Shown: positions 57,243 through 64,000 of the stretch, one piece after another
Position numbering within the stretch: position 1 is the stretch's first letter
Layout: the number at the start of each line of letters is the position of its first letter
Source: a virus
Lineage: Duplodnaviria > Caudoviricetes
IMG/VR virus record: IMGVR_UViG_3300028392_002123
Direction: 5' to 3' (one strand)
DNA length: 64,000 nt
Notes under the pieces: generated by a model
The model's database searches: none
Told to the model about the DNA's origin: nothing
What the model saw: the letters and a program-made list of their open reading frames with translations, nothing else
Program-made: the position numbers and the translations under genes

Positions 57243-57677
57243 TTATGAGCCTAATTTGTTTATTATGTGGGAGCCGTGTACTCGAACCTGTATGTGACCG
57301 TTGTAGTAGTCAGTTGATTCCAGTACTTTTTGTGTGAATTGTTCTCGAGCCTCGATATAACTACATTCTGCCTTGGATTTACAATAATAAAGTATTTCTC
57401 TTTTAAAATGTTCCGGGCCTAATGTTGCCACATCTTTGTTTAGTGCTTCGTTTGAGCCATAGTATGTTTGCCAGTCGCTGTCGATTTTGCTTCTAATTTT
57501 TTTCTTTTTCTTTGTGCCATTTTTTAGTTTTACTGTTTTTGTAGTTGTTTTAGAAAATTTTGCCAATTTTTTACCAATGTACTTGCGTCCATTAGTGGTG
57601 TTAGTAATTAGATAAACAAAACCGATACAGTCTTCTGGTAGTGATTCTACTACAGACTCTTGATATAACCATGTCAT
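57243..57677 (-). CDS. GIY-YIG family endonuclease
   Basis: GFVYLITNTTNGRKYIGKK, YYGSN, REIL..C...E. Confidence 0.88.
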   Translation of the reverse strand: MTWLYQESVVESLPEDCIGFVYLITNTTNGRKYIGKKLAKFSKTTTKTVKLKNGTKKKKKIRSKIDSDWQTYYGSNEALNKDVATLGPEHFKREILYYCKSKAECSYIEAREQFTQKVLESTDYYNGHIQVRVHGSHIINKLGS

Positions 57678-57719
57678 TGTGTAGATACTTATCTACATGG
57701 TACCGGTTTATTTGGTTAA

Positions 57720-57929
57720 TTACTTGACCGACATAGCGGCTTTGGTTTCAGTAATTTCTTTACGTCTAATTTTAATAGCCTTGCTCATTTCTTGCAAGGC
57801 TTTACGAGCACGACCTGCTGCCGCTTTAACACCTTTGTCAGTGAACTTAAAGTTCTCTGCAAGATATAATTCAAATTGTTTTACAATCTCTTCGTGATTG
57901 TTTACTACTGCTGTTGTTGTTTCGGTCAT
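57720..57929 (-). CDS. Histone H1-like (Hc1-type) small basic protein
   Basis: KGVKAAAGRARKALQEMSKAIKIRRKEI matches the Hc1-family KAAG.RARK motif. Confidence 0.65.
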   Translation of the reverse strand: MTETTTAVVNNHEEIVKQFELYLAENFKFTDKGVKAAAGRARKALQEMSKAIKIRRKEITETKAAMSVK

Positions 57930-58156
57930 TTCATTTTATCCTGAATGTAATCTACTAACTTTCTAAAGTTACTAAGAGCTGGGTAATCATCGTCTGGGAT
58001 TTCAATTTTGAACTCGTCTTCTAAGACAAAAATGATTTCCATGACATCAAGACTGCCAAGTCCGAGATCTTTCCATGTACCTGCTGATGTTATCTCGTCA
58101 GCCGATTTTTCTAATTGTTTTATTAAAACATCAAGTGTTTGTTCTTCAATGCTCAT
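57926..58156 (-). CDS. acpP: Acyl carrier protein, copy 2
   Basis: WKDLGLGSLDVMEIIFVLEDEFKIEIPDDD with the phosphopantetheine Ser. Confidence 0.85.
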   Translation of the reverse strand: MSIEEQTLDVLIKQLEKSADEITSAGTWKDLGLGSLDVMEIIFVLEDEFKIEIPDDDYPALSNFRKLVDYIQDKMK

Positions 58157-58157
58157 T

Positions 58158-58388
58158 TTATTTCCTTTTTGCTTCAATTAAAGAGATAAGATCATTCAAA
58201 TTTTTAATTGACTGTGCTTCGTCATCTTCGAAGTGTATATCATAAGTGTCTTCGATTTTCATAACTAGCTCGACTGTGTCCAAGCTGTCTAAACCAAGGT
58301 CACTCCATTTTTTTGCATTTTTAATTTCTTCAGCTGATTTTTTAAAATCATCAGTGATCATTTTTAAAATTTCTGTTTCTAAACTCAT
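58158..58388 (-). CDS. acpP: Acyl carrier protein, copy 1
   Basis: WSDLGLDSLDTVELVMKIEDTYDIHFEDDEAQSI with the canonical DSL motif. Confidence 0.88.
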   Translation of the reverse strand: MSLETEILKMITDDFKKSAEEIKNAKKWSDLGLDSLDTVELVMKIEDTYDIHFEDDEAQSIKNLNDLISLIEAKRK

Positions 58389-60164
58389 TTATGCCTCCAC
58401 CATTTCTACATCTGTACTGAATGTTGTAAATCCATTTTCTTTGATAACCTGTAGAATGTTATTGACTCTACCTACAAGTTCGTCTCGGTGACTAATCAAA
58501 AATATGTTTTTATTTTGTTCCCTGGCCATCTTCTTAAGGATACCAAGGGCATTGTCAACTCCGTTTGCATCCATACCACTGTCAATCATTTCGTCGATGA
58601 ACAATAAATTAATAGGATGATTCAAACTTTCATAAACATCTCTAAATGCCCAACTTAATCCAAGAATAAGCCTATTGCGTTCTCCTCGACTCAGGTTATC
58701 AAAATCAAACTCCTGTCCTAGCTGTGTAATATCCACTTCTAAGTCACTTCGGAATTTAACTAAATGCGGTAAACTGAGTTTTTCTAGATAATGAGCAAGC
58801 CTATGATTTAAGTAGCTCAAATTTTGTTCGATAATACGTTTACGTACAAAACTATCTTTGGCAGTTAGCAATTTTAATAAAAATTCCTGATGTTCTAGTA
58901 ATTTAGTCAGCTTGTTCATAAGTTCAAAATTAATTTCTTCTAAAGCTGTATCTTTTAAGTGATCAATTTGCTCGATGTACGGATCCAAATCTAATGCTCG
59001 ACGCTCAATTTGATCCATGGCTGTTTCCAGTGTACTTTTGTGATTGACAGCATCGTCGATGTTATTATACTTGACATTTGGACGACGACCTATATTACCC
59101 AGTTTGCTAATAGCTTGATTAATTAGTTCAATCTCTTTTGTTTCGTTGACAAGATCTTTACGCAGAGATAACACAGCAGTTTGAATTTCTGCCATCATTT
59201 CTTCTTGCTTACTATCGTGAATTTCTTGACCACAAGCATGACATTGATGTGCTTCTGCTTTTGATTGTGCTTTTTCCAAATCGGAAATATTAGAACTTAG
59301 TCGTTTGACAGCACTTTGATGTGTGGCAATGTCTTTGTTAAATCTAGTCATCTGTGCATCTTGCTCTTTCCATAATGCCAATAGTTTATGGTTAGCAAGC
59401 TCTTGCTCGATGTCAATGTTTCTTAGCTCAGTGATGGCCGCACCTAGCTTTTCTATGTCTTCTTCTTGTTTTGCCTGCCATAGTCGACTGCGTCGTTCTA
59501 AATCTTCAATGCTGGCTTTGATTTTATTATTTGCATCACCCATGGCCTTGATTCGATATTCTTCTTCTTTAATCTCATCTTTGGTGCCTTTGATAAGATC
59601 TTTGAGTAGAACTGCTTTTTCACTGAGCTGTGTGATACCTAATAGTTGTTCAATGATTTCTCTTTGATCATTGGCCTTGAGACTAAGGAATGGCTCGGTG
59701 TATGTATTCAAAGCCGCAATATGTTTGAACATATCGTGGCTCATTCCAATAACACGCTCTATGTGTTCCTGTGTTTCTTTATTCTCGCCTTGTTGTTCTT
59801 CACTGTCTTGACTGTCAACTTGATTGTCGTTGATAATAAATTTTAGTACATTAGGCTTGCGACCTCGTTCTATTTTATAGTTAGTACCATTCAAATCAAA
59901 CTCGCAGGTAACTAACATATTTTTAGTGTTAGTCTTATTGATTAAATTATCCTTGCGAATGTTCGTCAGCGCATTGCCATACAGTACGTAACTTAGTGCG
60001 TTGACAATAGTAGTCTTGCCAGTGCCATTGCGACTGCCGTCTCCACCTAGGTCTAAGTTGTTACCTAGGACTAATGTTAGTCCATGTTGATCGAAGCGTA
60101 ATGCCTGTGTCACATTGCCCACAGACAAAAAGTTTTTAATTGTTAGATTTTTAATCTTAATCAT
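58389..60164 (-). CDS. gp46: Rad50/SbcC-like recombination ATPase
   Basis: NGTGKTT Walker A, CHAC zinc hook, LSRGE signature, LFIDE Walker B, ISH. Confidence 0.94.
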   Translation of the reverse strand: MIKIKNLTIKNFLSVGNVTQALRFDQHGLTLVLGNNLDLGGDGSRNGTGKTTIVNALSYVLYGNALTNIRKDNLINKTNTKNMLVTCEFDLNGTNYKIERGRKPNVLKFIINDNQVDSQDSEEQQGENKETQEHIERVIGMSHDMFKHIAALNTYTEPFLSLKANDQREIIEQLLGITQLSEKAVLLKDLIKGTKDEIKEEEYRIKAMGDANNKIKASIEDLERRSRLWQAKQEEDIEKLGAAITELRNIDIEQELANHKLLALWKEQDAQMTRFNKDIATHQSAVKRLSSNISDLEKAQSKAEAHQCHACGQEIHDSKQEEMMAEIQTAVLSLRKDLVNETKEIELINQAISKLGNIGRRPNVKYNNIDDAVNHKSTLETAMDQIERRALDLDPYIEQIDHLKDTALEEINFELMNKLTKLLEHQEFLLKLLTAKDSFVRKRIIEQNLSYLNHRLAHYLEKLSLPHLVKFRSDLEVDITQLGQEFDFDNLSRGERNRLILGLSWAFRDVYESLNHPINLLFIDEMIDSGMDANGVDNALGILKKMAREQNKNIFLISHRDELVGRVNNILQVIKENGFTTFSTDVEMVEA

Positions 60165-60170
60165 ATGTTA

Positions 60171-61190
60171 TTATACATGAAGTTGATTATAAATGTCAAT
60201 GAGAACTTGACGATCGATTACTTCACTTTCGATTGCAGATAGCTGTGAAAGAACAATTTGATCTACACTTTCAAAATGTACATCGCCACTCCAATCCTGT
60301 GCATGTTCTTCTTTCTTAATAGGAATTAAACTAACTTCTCTTAGATTAAATGTTTCTTGCCAGCTTTCTTTGAGATAGTTGGCTTCTTCATAACTAATAT
60401 CAGCATCGCAGGTAATACGAATAAAAGTATTAGCATCCATGTATTTTTCCGGAGACTCGATCAATTTAGTAAGATCAATAGTTTTGAATTTTGGTGCATT
60501 AGGCCAAGCAATATACTCAGGCTGGCCACCAAACTCTAAGATCATCATGCCTCGATCGTCATCCCATGCATCGGCAAAATTATGCGGAAAAGCATTACCT
60601 GTATAAATTACATTGCCACGTTGTTGTCTTAGATGGAAATGTCCACTGAATACCATTTCTTGATTGGGAAAGTGTCCTGTGTTAAGACCTCCATGATCCG
60701 GCATTTCAACCATGGCGTTCATTTTAAAACTAGGCAGTTCAAAATGTCCAAAGACATATCTACTGTCCAGCTTTTTCATCTTGGTCCATTCGTCGCCGAC
60801 TAACCAAGGAACTAGGCTAACATCTCCTTCGGTATAAACGTCATTGACCAAAACAATGTTTTTTTGATTTTTGATAAATGGTACGCTGTTTAAGTCTCGC
60901 TTTTCACGATAGTACAAATCGTGATTGCCAGGAATGAAAAAGAAACGTTCAAAATGTTTACTGATATAATCAATGGCATCAACTGTGTAGTTTAATGTAC
61001 TGACATTAACAGTGGCTCTATGATGATGCCAGTCGCCCATAAAGATCGCTGTGTCGCAGTTATTTTCTTGAGCTGTTTTACAAAACCATTTAACAAACTC
61101 TGTACAATCTTCATTATGGGCTTTGCTGTTTTGTCTCATGCCAAAGTGAATGTCCGTAAACACGGCCGCTTTCTTAAACATATCGGTCAT
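60171..61190 (-). CDS. gp47: Mre11/SbcD-like nuclease
   Basis: TDIHFG, GDWHH, PGNHD, FGHFE, SGHFH. Confidence 0.94.
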   Translation of the reverse strand: MTDMFKKAAVFTDIHFGMRQNSKAHNEDCTEFVKWFCKTAQENNCDTAIFMGDWHHHRATVNVSTLNYTVDAIDYISKHFERFFFIPGNHDLYYREKRDLNSVPFIKNQKNIVLVNDVYTEGDVSLVPWLVGDEWTKMKKLDSRYVFGHFELPSFKMNAMVEMPDHGGLNTGHFPNQEMVFSGHFHLRQQRGNVIYTGNAFPHNFADAWDDDRGMMILEFGGQPEYIAWPNAPKFKTIDLTKLIESPEKYMDANTFIRITCDADISYEEANYLKESWQETFNLREVSLIPIKKEEHAQDWSGDVHFESVDQIVLSQLSAIESEVIDRQVLIDIYNQLHV

Positions 61191-62047
61191 TAATAATCCT
61201 CAGTTTTTAAACTAGCAATTCTGTCACGCTCTTCACGCATAACAGTTTCGTGTTCCATCTGTCTTGTAAAACTAGGACTTTGTCCGGTTTCGATTAATAA
61301 GTCGTCTCGAATCATTTGATTTTTCTTTTCAATATTAAGGATGCGAGTGAAGCTGTTGTCAATAGCGGCAGTATAATACGCAAAAGGGTTCTGCGATTTT
61401 GATTCATCAAATTGTAATCCTATCTGTGATAATTGTAACAGAGCTTGACTACGCATTTCATCTACGTAGGTATAACCACGCCAGTTAAAACGCATACTGT
61501 ATCGTTCAACTAACAACATAAAACTCTTGGCCAGCTTGTTGGTCATAGTGCCATGATCTAAACGAAATTCTCCAGTTTCGACGTCGCCCTTCCAATGACT
61601 CTTGCCCACACAAACCAGTTTGTCGTCGCTGTCAAATTTAAAATGTTGATATGGAGGAAAATTTACTTTGGTATGATGATCGCCTCGACTTTTAGGAGTC
61701 TTTTTCCTGCCCGGTTCCAAGGGAATATGATCATGTGTCATTATCCTAAAAATAACGTCTGACTTGGGAATTTTTTTGTAGTCGATTTCTACATCAGGCA
61801 GTCTTAATTTCGGATTTGATTTCTGAGCCTCTGTTAATGCAATTTGACTTAGTTTTAAAGCTCGCACACGTTTTGCTTCAGCAGTGGTACGCACGTTGAT
61901 TTTGCTTAAATCGGGTAAGATTAAATCGTAGTCGGCACACTCTGGGCTAGTGTAAGAACTATATCTGTTTTTACTCAAATGTAGTTCTTTGAGTAATTCT
62001 TTATTGGTTAGGTATTGTTTTGCAACAAGTTTGTTTGTAGGATCCAT
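61190..62047 (-). CDS. gp55: Late-transcription sigma factor with a large insertion
   Basis: YLTNKELL N-terminus; NWRGYTYVDEM...FDESKSQNPFAYYT...F.R.L..EKK; sits upstream of gp47/gp46 as in T4. Confidence 0.85.
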   Translation of the reverse strand: MDPTNKLVAKQYLTNKELLKELHLSKNRYSSYTSPECADYDLILPDLSKINVRTTAEAKRVRALKLSQIALTEAQKSNPKLRLPDVEIDYKKIPKSDVIFRIMTHDHIPLEPGRKKTPKSRGDHHTKVNFPPYQHFKFDSDDKLVCVGKSHWKGDVETGEFRLDHGTMTNKLAKSFMLLVERYSMRFNWRGYTYVDEMRSQALLQLSQIGLQFDESKSQNPFAYYTAAIDNSFTRILNIEKKNQMIRDDLLIETGQSPSFTRQMEHETVMREERDRIASLKTEDY

Positions 62048-62054
62048 AGCGTAT

Positions 62055-62084
62055 AGTATAACAAAAAAATAGAAGTAAAGTCAA
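62055..62084 (-). promoter_or_regulatory. sigma70-type promoter for gp55 (leaderless)
   Basis: TTGACT-N18-TATACT, 7 nt before the ATG. Confidence 0.72.
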
Positions 62085-62138
62085 CCTTTACTGGTAAAAA
62101 TGATTATCAGATACTTTAATTACACGATAAATATCTAT

Positions 62139-62837
62139 ATGAGTGTATATTTAATATGTAATAATCCTATTGCCGGCTTGAATCGATTGGACTTTCCGTA
62201 TACTCCACAAATCGATTACAGCCAAGACGTTAAGCATGATATTTATGGTTTGACACATACCAACTATCAGCCCTATGCATACACACGAAGTGAGAATCCA
62301 ACTATTGGAATGTCCTGCAAATTCAGTGCCCATACAGAATCTCATTTTAAGGTTGCCGAACAAGCATTAAGATTTTTAAGAACTTATTCCAAAATGAACT
62401 ATGGACGAAATGATGCACAGCGCGGCCTACCTCCAAGGATTTTAAATTTCTTTGCTTACGGAGCAACGGTGTTTAATGATGTACCTGTTTATCTTTCAAA
62501 ATTTAGTATGGTATTTCCCGAAGATATTGACTATGTCACAGGAACATTTGATTCGAAAGGACAGCTAGTATCAAGCTCTAGAATCAAGGATGCTCCATCA
62601 GGAGTGCAGGTAAGAGACCCCGGAGTAGCCAGTACCCAAGTACAAAATCAAGATGCTACTGGTGCAACTAGTACAGCCGGTGATATAAAGAATAATCAAA
62701 CATATCAAATATCTTTGCCTATTTTATTTACAGTAAATATATCTTTGATAGTACAGCAAAATTTACATAAAACTGTAAATGAATTTACACTGGATAAATT
62801 TGCCACTGGTGAATTGATGGCCAAAGGATATATCTGA
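62139..62837 (+). CDS. Baseplate/tail-tube-initiator-like protein
   Basis: FPYTPQI...LTHTNY...GLPPRILNF; GATAAATA 5 nt before ATG 62139. Confidence 0.6.
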   Translation: MSVYLICNNPIAGLNRLDFPYTPQIDYSQDVKHDIYGLTHTNYQPYAYTRSENPTIGMSCKFSAHTESHFKVAEQALRFLRTYSKMNYGRNDAQRGLPPRILNFFAYGATVFNDVPVYLSKFSMVFPEDIDYVTGTFDSKGQLVSSSRIKDAPSGVQVRDPGVASTQVQNQDATGATSTAGDIKNNQTYQISLPILFTVNISLIVQQNLHKTVNEFTLDKFATGELMAKGYI

Positions 62838-63142
62838 TGACAGCAGTTTATGACAGAAAGAGTTATCTCAGCGATACTCCCATAAGAAGCTTTTATCTTG
62901 ACGTGGCAAAAATGCCCAGCATGATAGGAGTCACCGGAAAGTATGTTATTGTTCCACCTGAATGTGAAAATAGAATAGATTTATTTTCTTATCAACAATA
63001 TGGTAGCAGTAGGTATTGGTGGATGATAGCCTTGGCCAATGCAGACGCTATAAAAGATCCTGTATGGGATTTCCACAGTGGTATGCAATTATTAGTGCCC
63101 GACAAGTCCAAGATCTTAGATGAATTTTCTACGTTGAGGTAA
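62837..63142 (+). CDS. Baseplate wedge protein (gp53/LysM-like)
   Basis: ENRIDLFSYQQYGSSRYWWMIALAN...PVWDF..G..L.VP. Confidence 0.75.
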   Translation: MTAVYDRKSYLSDTPIRSFYLDVAKMPSMIGVTGKYVIVPPECENRIDLFSYQQYGSSRYWWMIALANADAIKDPVWDFHSGMQLLVPDKSKILDEFSTLR

Positions 63143-63146
63143 GCAA

Positions 63147-63962
63147 ATGCCAGACTACAGTAGCAAATATAATATAGGTTTTATACGCAACAGTCCAGTA
63201 CAATGGCAAAATAGTCAAAACGGCGGCAAGGGCTATGTTGAATTTGCAGGCTGGGACGCCGGTGTGCGAGCAAATACATTAAATGCACAGGCCAAACTTA
63301 AAGGTACTCCGGGTCAAGGCGGCTATACAATTATCAATGAAAACAATCAAAAAGAAACTGTTAATCCTAACTTAGGCAATGGCTATGCAGACTTACCCGG
63401 ACTTACTAGAATTAATACTCCTCCGCGAACAAGCAGTGGCGGAATTGAAAACGATGGTGCATTTAGAGGTAAAAATGGTCAGCCTGGATCAGATGCTTAT
63501 AATTACGGGCAATACTATGCCAACGTTAAGAATGGTATGACCGACTATATAAACGATCCTGCCAGCGGATATAGTGCCGAAGACAAACAACGCATACTAA
63601 ATGACTTACAAAGTAATCGATTAAATTCAAATGATCCAAAATCAATGGAAGCATATAATGCTGGTATTATGAGATCGGAACATAGTTCATCTGACTATAA
63701 AGATTTTTTAGCAAATAGAGACAAAGTTAGAGATGGAGTTCAAGCGGCCCTGGGTAATAAGGTATTAGACAATAGTCCTCCTCCTAACAATCCAGGCTCC
63801 GGTGTACCTGACAAGTATAAACCGCAGAAACCGCAACCGGAAAAAGATCCTATTAATGATATAGTTAAACAAAAAGAAAACGAAGCTTGGCGTAAAAAGA
63901 ACATGGAAAGAATAATGAGAATGGCCGGACAGGAAAACGTATTGAATAGGTTGAATCAGTAA
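63147..63962 (+). CDS. Hypothetical baseplate-region protein
   Basis: 271 aa, Asn/Gly-rich; may continue into the next frame (see findings). Confidence 0.6.
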   Translation: MPDYSSKYNIGFIRNSPVQWQNSQNGGKGYVEFAGWDAGVRANTLNAQAKLKGTPGQGGYTIINENNQKETVNPNLGNGYADLPGLTRINTPPRTSSGGIENDGAFRGKNGQPGSDAYNYGQYYANVKNGMTDYINDPASGYSAEDKQRILNDLQSNRLNSNDPKSMEAYNAGIMRSEHSSSDYKDFLANRDKVRDGVQAALGNKVLDNSPPPNNPGSGVPDKYKPQKPQPEKDPINDIVKQKENEAWRKKNMERIMRMAGQENVLNRLNQ

Positions 63963-64000
63963 TGTACTACGCAAGATTAACACAGATAAAAACCAATGAT
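63962..64000 (+). CDS. Start of a truncated ORF (MYYARLTQIKTND...)
   Basis: TAATG overlap with the previous stop; runs off the right edge. Confidence 0.4.
   Translation, partial: MYYARLTQIKTND

Larger units (their letters stand above)
14632..62133. promoter_or_regulatory. Dispersed late-promoter motif NTAAATA (about 17 sites)
   Basis: Minus strand at 14632, 15921, 19552, 22082, 24518, 24546, 26785, 34397, 34640, 39862, 40423, 46849, 47109, 51010, 53043, 55620; plus strand at 29934, 55597, 62126. Nearly all lie just upstream of morphogenesis genes, in the sense orientation. Confidence 0.8.

Noticed and set aside
57243-57677. GIY-YIG gene as a classic mobile homing endonuclease
   Set aside because: Only 144 aa, with a catalytic domain but no extended DNA-binding tail; more like the compact conserved nucleases of T4-like phages. 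Mobility is unsupported.
1-64000. Stop-codon reassignment or inteins in core genes
   Set aside because: Core genes are full length under the standard code, with high coding density; terminase, UvsW, UvsX and gp46 show no large insertion with splicing motifs.

Overview
A 64 kb AT-rich segment of a large T4-related (myovirus-type, probably jumbo) dsDNA phage genome. It is densely coded and mostly on the minus strand. All functional calls come from recognising sequence motifs by eye; no database search was run. Core genes: replication/recombination (UvsW, UvsX/RecA, UvsY, gp32 SSB, gp62-like clamp loader, gp46/gp47), late sigma factor gp55, head (gp17, probable gp16, gp20-gp23, gp4), neck/tail (gp13, gp14, gp15, gp18, gp19, tape measure, gp26, gp51, gp53-like) and a block of large Ser/Thr/Gly-rich repetitive fibres. 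Two promoter classes are readable directly: sigma70-type TTGACA-N17/18-TATAAT early promoters (several giving leaderless mRNAs) and a relaxed late motif NTAAATA. Accessory content: a subtilase with a probable beta-barrel, an exported alpha/beta hydrolase, an FG-GAP lipoprotein, a ParB-like plus T5orf172-like pair, an ArfA-like peptide, two tandem acyl carrier proteins, an Hc1 histone-like protein and a glycosyltransferase. The strongest unexplained signal is an ORF-free, heavily base-paired ~500 nt stretch (56732-57240) directly after a GIY-YIG gene, a candidate large structured ncRNA. No tRNA, CRISPR array, intron or reverse transcriptase was seen.
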